This document shows positions 21,759-32,741 of a DNA stretch of 64,000 bases, piece by piece. Location: the NCBI GenBank assembly GCA_965660445.1, contig CBFIAK010000002.1, positions 32,001 through 96,000 on the forward strand, given 5' to 3'. A model generated the notes under the pieces. It was not told the origin of the DNA and searched no databases. It worked only from the letters and a program-made list of their open reading frames with translations. Position numbers and translations under genes: made by a program. Numbering within the stretch: the first letter of the stretch is position 1; every line of letters starts with the position of its first letter. Source of the DNA: Patescibacteria group bacterium. GTDB taxonomy: Bacteria; Patescibacteriota; Gracilibacteria; UBA4473.

Positions 21759-22598
21759 TTAGATTTCATTATCAATAGTGTTTTCTATTTGTTCTCCAAT
21801 TAAAATGAGTCTATTCTTGTTTGTTCCAATAGGCGTACAGGTCATGAGTGTGATGATTTTTACATCATCAGGTTGTTTGAGAACTTGTGTTGCAGTAGGG
21901 GGAACAACTTTCTTTGCTTTAATGAGATAGGTGTATTTTTTTCCGTTCCAATAAACTTCAACAATTTCGTTCGTATTCATTTCATGAAGCAGTGCAAAAA
22001 CATCTTTGAATCTTCCATTATCCCATGTGTAGTAAGATGAATGACCTGTGATAAATAAATTACCTTCTTTCTCAGGAGGCCGAGAGACTGGATGAACGAC
22101 TACCCCATCTTGAAGTCCTTTTTGAATATTTGTTTCCAGTTGATTCCAGTTTTTGTGATGTGGGACGGTAATGAGTGGAACATTTTTATCTAAACTCGGA
22201 ATATAAAGTCGGTTATCTGATGGATAAATATCCATGTCACGAAAAACTCTTTTCGCTTCGTTTTTTGGTTTGAGTGCCGTACTTGCAAATAAAGGTTTCC
22301 GAGTGTTTTGCTGTACAAGGGTTACTTCTTTGAGTTTTTCTACTTGTGGAGTAAATGAATTTTCTGCTTTTACTTCGGCAATTCCTTTATTTTGAATTGC
22401 ATCAATTTTAAATTCTGCAATTTGTGAATACGCACTATAGTTTAAAGCAATATGACTTCCACCCCAAAAACACAAAACCGATAAAACAAATAAAGACATC
22501 TCTTTCCACATTGGTTTTCGTTTTTGAAGTTGAAACCGAAACTGATTTCCAGAATTGTTATCTGTAGGAGATGTGTGCTTTATTTTTTTGTGATTCAT
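21759..22598 (-). CDS. Sortase family protein
   Basis: TM anchor; ITGHSS, TLMTCTP and R catalytic motifs. Confidence 0.88.
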   Translation of the reverse strand: MNHKKIKHTSPTDNNSGNQFRFQLQKRKPMWKEMSLFVLSVLCFWGGSHIALNYSAYSQIAEFKIDAIQNKGIAEVKAENSFTPQVEKLKEVTLVQQNTRKPLFASTALKPKNEAKRVFRDMDIYPSDNRLYIPSLDKNVPLITVPHHKNWNQLETNIQKGLQDGVVVHPVSRPPEKEGNLFITGHSSYYTWDNGRFKDVFALLHEMNTNEIVEVYWNGKKYTYLIKAKKVVPPTATQVLKQPDDVKIITLMTCTPIGTNKNRLILIGEQIENTIDNEI

Positions 22599-22692
22599 AT
22601 ATCTGTTAAAAAGAAATCAGGATATTATACCTGATTTTCTTATTTTTTTCAATGAAGATATATTGATTTATTGTTTTGATTGTAGTGAATTA

Positions 22693-24777
22693 CTACTCTT
22701 GTGATTCGGCTCGTCGGCGAAGTATTTCTTCTGGGTTACTGGTAATGATTCGGTCTTCTCCAAAACTTGCAATAATTTCAATAGCAACGTGTTGATTTCC
22801 AGCAAAGAAAAGCCCTTGTCCGACGGTTGAGTTTAAGAGGAGATATTTCTCTCCATCAGTGAGATTAAATACTTTTTTAAGTCTCTCAATAGCAACAGGG
22901 GCTTGCCTGAGAAGGAGTTGCATTGAAGAGTTTGTAATGATTGGTTTCCCCCATTTACTGTCTAAGAAATCTTCTACGTCTTGCGTGATAGTTGTAATTC
23001 CTAAGTAGTATTTCCGTGCTCGTTTAGTCAGATTATGTAAAAATCGTCCAGAGTCTTCATATTGCACCATGTGCCATGCCTCATCAATAGCGAGTATCCG
23101 TTTTCGTAAATCAGATCGTACGCGGTTCCAAATAAAATTCAGAAGCATGTACATCGCAATCGGACGAAGTTGCTCTTCTAAATCACGAATACAAAAGACA
23201 ATGAGTCCAGAATTTAAATCAACATTTGTTACATCAGAAAAAAGTCCTGAAAATGTTCCTTTGGTGTATTTTTCCAGTCTTATGGCAAGATTTTTTGAAC
23301 CATCAAGGGAATGGAGAACGTCTTCAAGATCAACCATGGTCGGCATTTCGTATTCCCATGGGTTTTCAGTTTGAAGTGTGATTCCTTTGAGTTCATAGGT
23401 TTGTAAAATGGCTTTATCCATTAAGGCTTCTTCTTCAGGGGTGAGTTTTCCAAGCATGATATTAAGAAGCCCTAAAAGATTGATAGTGTTTTCTTTGATG
23501 AGTTCTCCTGGACGAATATCGTCTTTATCAATAGGAAGGGGAAGATCAAACGGATTGATTCGGTGATTTGATGTGAGCGAAATATGAACATAACTTCCAC
23601 CAACTGTTTTTGCGAGTTCTTCGTATTCGTTTTCTGGATCAAGAACAATAACATCGGTTCCCATCATGAGAGACCGAAGAATTTCGAGTTTTACGGCATA
23701 TGATTTACCAGCCCCAGATTTCGCAAATACAACTGCATTTGCATTTTCTAAATCAAATCGGTCAAAGATAATAAGAGAATTGTTATGTCGATTAATACCA
23801 TACAAAATTCCACTATCAGTTGTAAGATCGTTTGATACAAAAGGAAATGTTGTTGAAAGAGGAGAAGTGTTCATGTTGCGTGTTACCTCTAGCAGATCAA
23901 CGCCTTGTGGAGTTGTTGATGTAAATCCTCGTTCCGTTCGAAAATCACTACTTCGAGTCATAACCAACTGTCCTCCAAGTATGGTTTCGATTTGTTTACT
24001 GGTTTCTTTTAGTTTTTCGTCTGATTCAGCATAAACGGTTAAATACATTCCCACATGAAAAAATTTTTCCATACCACGTTGTAAATCGATTCGTAACTGT
24101 TGTGCATCTTCAAGTGCCGTATCTAAGGATGTACTGTTTATTTTTCCTTGTTTTTCGTTTATGTGTTTTGTTGAAATCATTTCTACCACTTTTCGTCGCA
24201 GAACTTTCATAATTTTCGCGGAATCACGAGGATACACAAAAAGCGATAAATCAAATGTTGCATCAAAGTTTATAATCGGATTAAGCCAGTTTGCTTCTAG
24301 ATATCGTGGGTAGTTGTATACATAATATGTTCGTGCGTGAGCACTATTTATTTGAATACTATTCGTAGAAATCTCCATAGAAGATGGAGCGATAAGGTCT
24401 TTGACGGATATAATCCCTTCTCTATATTTTTTTTCTGATTCAATGATGCGTTTTCGCATTTCATTGGTCAGTTTTTTCTTGTCTCGTTTTGGATCAAAAT
24501 TTTCAAAAAAGGCATCTAAGTCACCCATTTCTTTTTCTTTTTTTTCGTTTTCAGCTTTTTCGTTCTCAGCCTCTTCTTCTTTATCGGTTCCCCATTTTTT
24601 TCTTATTTTCTCAGCAATACCATACCCAAAAGTTCCTTTTTTCTCTTTACTGGCTATGACAATATCTTTTGTTTCTTTTTCTTCAGTTCCGTTATTCGGT
24701 TTGGTATTGTCTGTATCCACTTGAGGGGGGAGTGGTTGGTTGCTCTGAGATGTTGTTGTTTTTTGTTCTTCACTCAT
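22693..24777 (-). CDS. VirB4-like (DUF87/TraE-type) ATPase
   Basis: FAKSGAGKS, DPENEY, INPFD, IDEAW, RARKY, ITQ. Confidence 0.88.
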   Translation of the reverse strand: MSEEQKTTTSQSNQPLPPQVDTDNTKPNNGTEEKETKDIVIASKEKKGTFGYGIAEKIRKKWGTDKEEEAENEKAENEKKEKEMGDLDAFFENFDPKRDKKKLTNEMRKRIIESEKKYREGIISVKDLIAPSSMEISTNSIQINSAHARTYYVYNYPRYLEANWLNPIINFDATFDLSLFVYPRDSAKIMKVLRRKVVEMISTKHINEKQGKINSTSLDTALEDAQQLRIDLQRGMEKFFHVGMYLTVYAESDEKLKETSKQIETILGGQLVMTRSSDFRTERGFTSTTPQGVDLLEVTRNMNTSPLSTTFPFVSNDLTTDSGILYGINRHNNSLIIFDRFDLENANAVVFAKSGAGKSYAVKLEILRSLMMGTDVIVLDPENEYEELAKTVGGSYVHISLTSNHRINPFDLPLPIDKDDIRPGELIKENTINLLGLLNIMLGKLTPEEEALMDKAILQTYELKGITLQTENPWEYEMPTMVDLEDVLHSLDGSKNLAIRLEKYTKGTFSGLFSDVTNVDLNSGLIVFCIRDLEEQLRPIAMYMLLNFIWNRVRSDLRKRILAIDEAWHMVQYEDSGRFLHNLTKRARKYYLGITTITQDVEDFLDSKWGKPIITNSSMQLLLRQAPVAIERLKKVFNLTDGEKYLLLNSTVGQGLFFAGNQHVAIEIIASFGEDRIITSNPEEILRRRAESQE

Positions 24778-24833
24778 GAGATATATATCATTTTATTATA
24801 GCACAGAGAGCCAGAAAATACAAACATTTTCCC

Positions 24834-26012
24834 TTATTGGCTTGCGAGTGAACGGCTAAATTCGAGTGGTTGTCCTGCAATGCGACGGAGTTCATTTCGA
24901 TTCGCCTCATAGGCGAGTTGGTATTCCCATTCTTGTGCGAGATCTTGTTGTTGGTTTTCAAGAATTTGATTCAGTACTTTTTTTGTTGACGGTCCTACTT
25001 TTCCTGCGCCTAAAGCGTTTTTACTCCGGATAATATTGTGAGCGATTTGAAAATCAATGAGTGCGTTTTTTGTAATAGGGCCAAAGTATCCCGTTGGATG
25101 AACCATCATGAATTCTTCTTGTACCAATATGTTTTGAAGTTTGAAAACTTCATGGTTTCGAGTACCTGTTGATAATTCGTTTTCAAAATGAAAACTATCC
25201 CATGCTTCTTTTATTTTTTCTTCAACACTCTTTTTATACAGTACTTCGGTTAGTTTTGCTCGTGTTTGTGGACCAAAGACCCCTGCTCCGATATCTGTTT
25301 TCTTCTCAACTACAAAGTGTTGTTTCTGAAACTGAAATACTCCCTCTTTTACTTTTTCATTATAGATACCATCTTGAAATCCTTCATAGAGTCTTAACGT
25401 GTGAAGTGCTTGTTGGAGTAATGCGACTTTTTCTCCACTGTTTCCAAAAGAAAGATTCGTATTGAATATCGGACGTTGTGGCAAATCAATAATGTCTCCT
25501 AGTTGTGGAGGAACTTCGAAATTCATAAATACACGTATATCGGCATTACTTGGATATACAGTTCCTTTCTTTTGTTTTACGCCCCAAGCAAGCGCTCGGA
25601 GGAGTCCTTCTTCGCCATATCCCATCCAAATATCAATACGATCATGTTGAGCGAGCGTTGTCTTGCCGGCTTCTACAATAGCTCCTCCTCGGTCATGAAC
25701 CATTCCGCATCCAACCCCCTCAAAACAAATTTTCGTACCAAATGCATAGCTTTTTGGAGCAGCAATCATTCCCGCATATACAGGCGTTCCATCAGCTCCG
25801 GCAATACCTTCCCCATTGAGTCGTTTTTCCGATTCATACGTTCCAGTAATATAAAAGTTTTGGTTTGGAAGTGGTGAATAATACCCTGTTATAGTGAACA
25901 TTCTTTGTTCCCCTTGAGTTTGTGCTTGTGCATATTGAGTGTGACTGAGTATTGAAAAACAGAAAACAAGAAGTGTTGAAAATGGTATGCTTTTTAATTT
26001 TGAAAATCTCAT
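24834..26012 (-). CDS. 3D-domain protein with peptidoglycan-binding domains
   Basis: ITGYYSP, ADG, IAAP, DRGGAI, IDIWMG; two PG_binding_1-like repeats (LQ..L..G..GP.T..A...FQ). Confidence 0.8.
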   Translation of the reverse strand: MRFSKLKSIPFSTLLVFCFSILSHTQYAQAQTQGEQRMFTITGYYSPLPNQNFYITGTYESEKRLNGEGIAGADGTPVYAGMIAAPKSYAFGTKICFEGVGCGMVHDRGGAIVEAGKTTLAQHDRIDIWMGYGEEGLLRALAWGVKQKKGTVYPSNADIRVFMNFEVPPQLGDIIDLPQRPIFNTNLSFGNSGEKVALLQQALHTLRLYEGFQDGIYNEKVKEGVFQFQKQHFVVEKKTDIGAGVFGPQTRAKLTEVLYKKSVEEKIKEAWDSFHFENELSTGTRNHEVFKLQNILVQEEFMMVHPTGYFGPITKNALIDFQIAHNIIRSKNALGAGKVGPSTKKVLNQILENQQQDLAQEWEYQLAYEANRNELRRIAGQPLEFSRSLASQ

Positions 26013-26140
26013 AACACTTTTGATATAAAATAAAAATGATTGAGTTGTATAAAAAAAATATACTATTTTTTACAAAATAGTAATTTTTCTGTATTGATTT
26101 TCTGTTGTTTTTTATGGTTTTATAACCTTTCAAGGCGGAG

Positions 26141-26569
26141 TTATTTTTGTTCCCATTGTAAGAGTTCTTGGAATATTTGGGTTTCTCGAATACTCTTAAA
26201 ATCAGGATCGTCTTTGGCTAAGTCAACTGCATAATTATGAATAAAGACGGCTTGGGTTAGTGTATGGAGTGCTTCTTCTGTGTTGCCAAGCTTTGCAAAT
26301 GCACAGGCTTTATTATAGAGTGACTCAAACCGATGAGGTATTATTTCGAGGGAGATATTGTACCAATGAATAGCTTTTTCGTATTCTTGTTGATAGAAAA
26401 ATGAATCTGCTTTTATGCGAGCATCATACTCTTGTTGAAGTGTTGTGTTGATATTGTGTTGCGTGTTTGGTTTTTGTTGAGCTTGCGAAATAGAAATGCC
26501 CATAAGAATCAGCATAACGAGGCATAGTGTTTGGAACTGAGGAGAAAAAAATTTCATATAGAAAAACAA
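26141..26569 (-). CDS. Secreted TPR protein
   Basis: Signal peptide; TPR ending YNKAC..A..DPDF. Confidence 0.75.
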   Translation of the reverse strand: MFFYMKFFSPQFQTLCLVMLILMGISISQAQQKPNTQHNINTTLQQEYDARIKADSFFYQQEYEKAIHWYNISLEIIPHRFESLYNKACAFAKLGNTEEALHTLTQAVFIHNYAVDLAKDDPDFKSIRETQIFQELLQWEQK

Positions 26570-26620
26570 GAGAAAATAAGAAGTGTTTGTTTTTATATAT
26601 GTGTTTGAAAAATGAATGCC

Positions 26621-27289
26621 TTATTCAACGAGTGTTAAAAACTCCTCATTATCCCATAAGTTTTGAAGGTCGGTGTCTTCAACGGCAAATGTCTTTGCTT
26701 CTGAGTTGAGTTCAAATGCTATACGGAGATGACGTAATGCATCTGCTTCGTTTCCCATAAGTGCGTATATGCAGGCTTTGTTGTAATATGCGGGAAAATT
26801 GTCTTGAGTGATAGCAAGTGATTGATCGTATATATTTAATGCTTCTTCATATTGTCCAAGTTTTAAAAGAGCGGCTCCTTTATCGCTTAAAAAGTTTGAA
26901 TTGTTGGGTTCCATTTCAATCAGTTGATCATATTGAGTAATAGCTTCTTCGTATCGTTCGAGTGTGTAGAGAATACGAGCTTTGTTATTGATTGGTATTT
27001 TTCGCATATCTTCAGGGGCGATCTCTAAAGCAGACTCAAACATTTCGAGTGCTCCTTCAAAATTTCCACTCGTGGCTTGTTGCATGCCTTTTGTAATGAA
27101 GTTTTGCGTTGCTTGACGGTTGATTGATTCCACAGAAGCGCCAAGCTTTTCATTTGTTGCTTGTGGTATTTCCATCTGAGACGTTGTATCTTGTGTTGCC
27201 GTATCGATGGGTGCATCGAATTGCGTAACACGATTTGAGCTACATCCAGTAAGAAAGAGGAGGATAAGAAATGCGATAGTATGTTTCAT
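26621..27289 (-). CDS. TPR lipoprotein
   Basis: Lipobox LTGC; about four TPRs; YNKAC..A..DTDL. Confidence 0.8.
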   Translation of the reverse strand: MKHTIAFLILLFLTGCSSNRVTQFDAPIDTATQDTTSQMEIPQATNEKLGASVESINRQATQNFITKGMQQATSGNFEGALEMFESALEIAPEDMRKIPINNKARILYTLERYEEAITQYDQLIEMEPNNSNFLSDKGAALLKLGQYEEALNIYDQSLAITQDNFPAYYNKACIYALMGNEADALRHLRIAFELNSEAKTFAVEDTDLQNLWDNEEFLTLVE

Positions 27290-27324
27290 AATGTTTAATA
27301 AAAAATAAAAAAAATCGAAATATG

Positions 27325-28770
27325 TTAAAATCCCGCTTGTCGGGTTTTTTCAAGGTTATCAAATTTCATACGTGCACGATCAAATAAAATAGAAACTCGT
27401 CCGATGTCACCATTTCTGTGTTTTATAATATTGAGTTCGAGTTCGTTTTTTCGTTCAGAATCTTCATTGTAGTAGTCATCTCGGTAAAGCATAACAACAA
27501 TATCAGCATCTTGTTCGATAGATCCAGATTCTCTTAAATCAGAGAGTACGGGGCGTTTATCGACTCGACTTTCAACATTCCGAGAAAGCTGAGAAAGGGC
27601 AATGATTGGAATATGAAGTTCTCGTGCGAGTTGTTTTATGTTTCGGGATATATCTGATATTTCTTGGACTCTGTTCATTGGGTTTCCTCCGCTCATGAGC
27701 TGGAGATAATCGATAATGAGTAAATCAAGTCCGTGTTCCATTTGAAGTCGTCGTGCTTTTGCTCGGAGTTCTGTGATGCTTCCTCCCATTGTATCATCAA
27801 TAAATATAGGAGCTGTTGAGAGCTCCTCCATAACGGTTCCCATGCGCATGAAATCGGATTCATCAAGTTTTCCTTTATGGAGTTTCCATGATTCTATCCC
27901 AAGTCGACTACAGAGCATTCGATCGACAAGTTGCTCTTTTGACATTTCGAGCGAAATAACCCCCACTTTTTTGTTTTGTTCAATGGCAGATCTCATTCCC
28001 ATCTCAAGAGAGAACGCGGTTTTTCCCATAGAAGGACGGGCTGCAACAATAATGAGATCTGAGGGACTAAATCCACCATTGAGTTTGTTATCTAAGTCTC
28101 GGAAAGATGTTCCGATTTTGTTTTTATTCGCGAGTTCAGGGTTTTCGTTGATTTCACAAAATTTTTCATAACTGGCGGTAAGGATTTCTCGAATAGGGAT
28201 AAATCTATCTTTCAGAAATGTTTGAGAAATAGAGAAGATTCTTTTTTCAGCCGCTTCGAGTAGTTCCTCGATATTTTTTTCCATATCGTACCCGAGATTG
28301 GTGATTTCATTTCCCGCTTTGATGAGTTTTCGTAGTGTTGCTCGGTGTTTTACAATTTGTGCGTATTGGAATATATGGTTTCCAATCGGGACTTCGTTTG
28401 AAATTTCTGCTAGATACTCAGCACCACCAATAAGTTCAAGTTTCTCAGATGCTTGTAATTTTGTAGCAAGAGTAATCAGATCAATAGGTTCTGCTTTATG
28501 AAAAAGATTTAAACAGGCAGCATAGATGTATCCATGATGATCATGGTAGAAATCTTCTGAAGAAAGGAAATCGGCAATTTGTATAATTGCTTCTTTGCTT
28601 TGCAAGAGTGACCCCAGTACAGCTCTTTCGGCATCAAGTGCTTGGGGGACAACTTTTTTCCCGAGTTCAGTGGTGTTGTACTGACGCATCAAAGACTCAA
28701 TAGCACTTGTGCTATTGCTTGATGTTTTTTGTACATCAGAAGAAGGAATACTCATGGAAAAGTGAAACAA
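27325..28770 (-). CDS. dnaB: Replicative DNA helicase
   Basis: AERAVLG, AARPSMGKT, IDYLQLM, LSQLSR, DLRESGSIEQDAD; start may be 28755. Confidence 0.97.
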   Translation of the reverse strand: MFHFSMSIPSSDVQKTSSNSTSAIESLMRQYNTTELGKKVVPQALDAERAVLGSLLQSKEAIIQIADFLSSEDFYHDHHGYIYAACLNLFHKAEPIDLITLATKLQASEKLELIGGAEYLAEISNEVPIGNHIFQYAQIVKHRATLRKLIKAGNEITNLGYDMEKNIEELLEAAEKRIFSISQTFLKDRFIPIREILTASYEKFCEINENPELANKNKIGTSFRDLDNKLNGGFSPSDLIIVAARPSMGKTAFSLEMGMRSAIEQNKKVGVISLEMSKEQLVDRMLCSRLGIESWKLHKGKLDESDFMRMGTVMEELSTAPIFIDDTMGGSITELRAKARRLQMEHGLDLLIIDYLQLMSGGNPMNRVQEISDISRNIKQLARELHIPIIALSQLSRNVESRVDKRPVLSDLRESGSIEQDADIVVMLYRDDYYNEDSERKNELELNIIKHRNGDIGRVSILFDRARMKFDNLEKTRQAGF

Positions 28771-28881
28771 AGAGGGGAATTGGTTCCTTTTTGTTGTACG
28801 TATTTTTACCGGTTTTGTAAAGTTTTCTTTTTGTGAGATACTCTTTTTTTGATAGAGTAATGATGTTTTTTACTTTCTTTC

Positions 28882-30138
28882 ATGATTACTTTTGATTTTC
28901 AAAATATGCTTTCTGTTTTGCGTATGGAATCTGTTCAGGATTGTGCTTTGCAGGAAGAATCTATACAATTGCTTCAGAACCGTTTTATGAGTCGGAATCA
29001 GCGATTTTATGCCGCTCTTGATGAAGATGCTTTATTGGTGCAAATGGAATCGTTTGTTGATTCTTTATCTGATATGTATACAGATATTGTCCTTCTTGGT
29101 ATTGGTGGTTCGGCTTTAGGGCCGAAAACTATTCGTGATGCATTGGGATCAAAGAATAATCGTCGATTGCATGTGTATGAAAATATTGATCCAGATTTTG
29201 TGTGTCGACATTCTGAAACGTTTGATCTTGAGAATACGTTGTTTTTAGTGGTGAGCAAATCGGGAAAGACAACAGAAACACTGGCACAATATTTTTATTT
29301 TTTAGAACGGATTCAGCAAACAAATCGGAACCCTCAACACCACTTTGTGTTTATAACAGAAGAAGGTTCATTGCTTCATGAGGAATCACAACGATATAAT
29401 GCCCCTTTTTTTCCTATTGCAAAAGATATTGGAGGAAGATTCTCGGTATTTACTCCTGTAGGAATTCTTCCGGCTTTACTTTTAGGAATTGATGTACAAT
29501 CTTTTTTACAAGGAGCAAAAGATATGAGAGTTTCATTTTTTGAGCATTCGTGGGAACAAAATATACCTGCACAAGTAGCACAAATACAATTCCTCTCTCT
29601 GATGAAGAAAAGAACAAAAAATGTATTCATGCCATATATTCATTCTTTACGGACGTTTTCAGATTGGTTTGTTCAATTAGTTGCAGAATCAACTGGCAAG
29701 ACGAATGAAAATGGGGAAAAAGTAGGTATCACTCCTATTCCAGCTTTAGGTGCGACTGATCAGCATTCACAACTTCAGTTGTTTTCAGAAGGGCCACGGG
29801 ATGTATATGTGTTTTTTGTGAAGTCAAAAACGGCTTACAAGGCAGACCCCTTTGTTGTTCCTGAACATTTTCGTTCAGAATATTCTTTTTTAAATGGTAT
29901 TTCTTTTCATACATTGCTCAATACACAGCATCAAGCAACATCGGATTCTTTGGTGGAATCTGGATGTGGAAATGCTACGTTTGTTCTGGATTGTTTAGAT
30001 GCGTATCATTTAGGGGCTCTTTTCTTTTTGTTTTTAGGCAGTACGGCTTACGTGGGTGAATTGATGGATATTGATGCTTTTAATCAACCAGGGGTAGAGC
30101 GATCAAAAGTGTTGACGCGTCAATACTTGAGTGCATAG
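28882..30138 (+). CDS. pgi: Glucose-6-phosphate isomerase
   Basis: GIGGSALG, SKSGKTTET, GGRFSV, QLVAESTGK, DQHS, FNQPGVE. Confidence 0.95.
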   Translation: MITFDFQNMLSVLRMESVQDCALQEESIQLLQNRFMSRNQRFYAALDEDALLVQMESFVDSLSDMYTDIVLLGIGGSALGPKTIRDALGSKNNRRLHVYENIDPDFVCRHSETFDLENTLFLVVSKSGKTTETLAQYFYFLERIQQTNRNPQHHFVFITEEGSLLHEESQRYNAPFFPIAKDIGGRFSVFTPVGILPALLLGIDVQSFLQGAKDMRVSFFEHSWEQNIPAQVAQIQFLSLMKKRTKNVFMPYIHSLRTFSDWFVQLVAESTGKTNENGEKVGITPIPALGATDQHSQLQLFSEGPRDVYVFFVKSKTAYKADPFVVPEHFRSEYSFLNGISFHTLLNTQHQATSDSLVESGCGNATFVLDCLDAYHLGALFFLFLGSTAYVGELMDIDAFNQPGVERSKVLTRQYLSA

Positions 30139-30211
30139 GTTTTCGAGTTGCATTTCTTTTGGCGCATTTTATACTATCGGCACATATATTTTGTTTTTTA
30201 ATTTTTTTCTT

Positions 30212-30502
30212 ATGGGCATGTTTTCACAAATGGGCGATATGTATCGTCTTCAAAAAGAAGCGAAACGGTTAAAACAAGAACTCGCTCAAACACATATTTC
30301 TGCTGAAGAGTCAGGTGTAAAAGTAGTTGTGAGTGGAGAGCAAGAAGTTATTTCGTATGAGATACTCGATGATACTTTATTGGGTGACTCAAAAGCGTTA
30401 AGTTCGGCAACGGTCAAAGCGATGAATAAAGCCATGAAGAAAGCTCAAACCATTGCTGCTGAAAAAATGAAACCAATTATGGGAGGGTTAGGACTTGGAT
30501 AG
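30212..30502 (+). CDS. YbaB/EbfC nucleoid-associated protein
   Basis: MGMFSQMGDMYRLQKEA..VKVVVSGEQ..KMKPIMGG; start reassigned to 30212. Confidence 0.8.
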   Translation: MGMFSQMGDMYRLQKEAKRLKQELAQTHISAEESGVKVVVSGEQEVISYEILDDTLLGDSKALSSATVKAMNKAMKKAQTIAAEKMKPIMGGLGLG

Positions 30503-30536
30503 GTTTTCAATGGTATAACGAAAATATTTTAAAAGA

Positions 30537-30563
30537 AAACCGCTGATATTGTGTCAGCGGTTT
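30537..30563. terminator. Terminator between convergent genes
   Basis: AAACCGCTGA / TCAGCGGTTT inverted repeat. Confidence 0.7.
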
Positions 30564-30597
30564 ATTTGATCTGAATCTTCCCCTAAAATTTAAAAAA

Positions 30598-30861
30598 TCA
30601 ATGTGTTTTTGGAATCCTGTTTCTTCTGAGGTGTCCAATTGATCGATATTCTATTTGTTGTAACGCGAAATAGGCAACATCGGTATTTTCACTTTTACTT
30701 AATTTTCGAAGTGTTTGGATGTTGGTGTTGGCATTTTGAGCTACTTGTATCAAAATTTCGGGATCTTCTTCTGTTGAAAGCATATCAAGAACGTTTGGTT
30801 GTCTTGATTGCTGTGCTTTTCTTGCCTTTTCTGCATTGGATAAGTTGTCCACGTTGTTCAT
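30598..30861 (-). CDS. Small hypothetical protein (LRV/HEAT-like repeat)
   Basis: VAQNANT..L..LS motif; own TTGACA-N16-TACATT promoter at 30938-30965. Confidence 0.6.
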   Translation of the reverse strand: MNNVDNLSNAEKARKAQQSRQPNVLDMLSTEEDPEILIQVAQNANTNIQTLRKLSKSENTDVAYFALQQIEYRSIGHLRRNRIPKTH

Positions 30862-31028
30862 AAATGCTCCTTGTTTTTTAGTTTTGTAAAAAAATAGAAA
30901 AAATATTCGTTTTGGGAAAGATCACAGATTTAGTCTTAATGTATATTGTTTTGTTATTCTGTCAATTGTTGTGTTCTTGATTCTTTTTTCTTTTTTTCTA
31001 TTATTTGTTTCACTAGATTTTCTTTTTT

Positions 31029-31997
31029 ATGAAAAAAATAATTTTTCTTTGTTTCCTTTTTGTAAGTCTTTATTTTGGTGGTCGTGTTGCATTGGTATGG
31101 AATGTGCAAAACTCTGATTCTACTCAAAGAGTATCTTTTTCTATTCGCCCAGGTAGTTCGTTGAAATCAATTGCAGAACAACTTCATCAAGAAGGTCTGA
31201 TTCGTGATCCTTTTGTGTTTGAGCTTTTTGTGCGTTGGCATGATCTATCACAGAAATTACAAGCGGGGGATTATGTAATTCCTCAAAACTTAACGCATGC
31301 AGAACTTGTTGATATCTTGCAGAGAGCGAAAGCACAAGAAATACAACTGACTATTCCTGAAGGTTTTACAATTGCACAAATTGATGATTTGCTCGTTCGA
31401 AAAGCATTGATAGAACCTTTATCATTTATTGACTGTGCACAAACGTGTGATTTAGGGTTTCGTATCCCATCACTTGAAGGATATCTGTTTCCTGCAACGT
31501 ATGCTATAAACCCAAAAACATTTACACCTGAAGGATTTATTCGTCGTTTGTATGGAGAGTTTCAAAAACGTGTTGAGCCTTTTCGTGCAGAGATTGAGTC
31601 ATCAGGACGAACACTGGATGATATTGTTATCATGGCCTCTATGATTGAGCGAGAGGCCGTTTATGATGAAGAAATGGCTATGATTTCTGATGTATTGTGG
31701 AAACGAATTGATGAAGGGATAGCATTAGGTGTTGATGCCACAACGCGGTACGAAATTAATGATTGGAAACGCCCTCTTTATACAGCTGATTTTCAAAAGG
31801 ATACTCCATATAATACCCGAATACGAAAAGGTATGCCTCCAACCGCTATTTCAAACCCTGGAATAAGAGCTCTTCAAGCGGCGATTATGCCAGAACCAAA
31901 TCCATACTATTTTTATCTTCATGATAGTTCGGGTGGGATTCATTATGGGGTAACGTATAATGACCATTTAGAAAACAAGCGTCGGTATATCGACTAA
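31029..31997 (+). CDS. mltG: Endolytic transglycosylase MltG
   Basis: TIPEGFT, LEGYLFPATY, ASMIERE, PYNTR..GMPPTAISNPG. Confidence 0.93.
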   Translation: MKKIIFLCFLFVSLYFGGRVALVWNVQNSDSTQRVSFSIRPGSSLKSIAEQLHQEGLIRDPFVFELFVRWHDLSQKLQAGDYVIPQNLTHAELVDILQRAKAQEIQLTIPEGFTIAQIDDLLVRKALIEPLSFIDCAQTCDLGFRIPSLEGYLFPATYAINPKTFTPEGFIRRLYGEFQKRVEPFRAEIESSGRTLDDIVIMASMIEREAVYDEEMAMISDVLWKRIDEGIALGVDATTRYEINDWKRPLYTADFQKDTPYNTRIRKGMPPTAISNPGIRALQAAIMPEPNPYYFYLHDSSGGIHYGVTYNDHLENKRRYID

Positions 31998-32317
31998 TCT
32001 TTGGAGTTTGATTCATTATATTTTGACCAATCCCATTCTCTTTTTTTGTTTTGTTCTAATTTTTTGTTCATCTCGAGAGATGTATCTATCTCAAATATAC
32101 CACATAAATGCAGTGTTCTTTGGAGTACATCGATAAGTTCTTCCTTAAACCCGTGTGGACCGTCTATGTTTTTCTTACGGTATGCATCATAGGCTTCCGA
32201 TACTTCAGAATGTAGAAGGGCAATTTTTTCTCCAACATTGATATCATCAGGAGTTACTCCAAACCCTTTTTCTTTTGCTTGTTGAAGTATGCGATTCTGA
32301 AGATCTTGAATATCCAT
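31994..32317 (-). CDS. MazG-like nucleotide pyrophosphohydrolase
   Basis: LLHSEVSEAYDAYRK..EELID. Confidence 0.75.
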   Translation of the reverse strand: MDIQDLQNRILQQAKEKGFGVTPDDINVGEKIALLHSEVSEAYDAYRKKNIDGPHGFKEELIDVLQRTLHLCGIFEIDTSLEMNKKLEQNKKREWDWSKYNESNSKD

Positions 32318-32640
32318 TACGTTAGGACTTTATCATACAAAAACCAAATCATCACGAGAACGAGGAATGCCATCGTAAAAAATCGCATATAGTATGATCG
32401 AATCGCTTCGTTTATTTCAGTTTCTTCTTGTGCTTTTTGTTGTGTTTTTTGGTCTTCGTTAAATGCGTTGTTATAGAGAAATTCTTGAATGTGTGATATT
32501 GTGTTTGTTTCTTCTTCTTGTAATTCTTGGTTTGTGATATCGGGTGCTTGTGCCAAAACAACATCGCTGGTGATACACACAGTAAACCCGTAAAACATCA
32601 AAAGCAAGACGATGGGAATTGTGTATATGTTGGTATTCAT
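32317..32640 (-). CDS. Hypothetical protein (signal peptide, C-terminal TM)
   Basis: Likely start MNTNIYT at 32640; the longer ORF call runs through tRNA-Lys. Confidence 0.55.
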   Translation of the reverse strand: MNTNIYTIPIVLLLMFYGFTVCITSDVVLAQAPDITNQELQEEETNTISHIQEFLYNNAFNEDQKTQQKAQEETEINEAIRSYYMRFFTMAFLVLVMIWFLYDKVLT

Positions 32641-32741
32641 CGTCTGTATGGTATCACTTTTTGAAAACAGTACAAACATAAAAAAAACATTACTCGATTC
32701 TAGAATCTCGTAACGTGAATCGAGTCCCGTCTTTGGCGATC

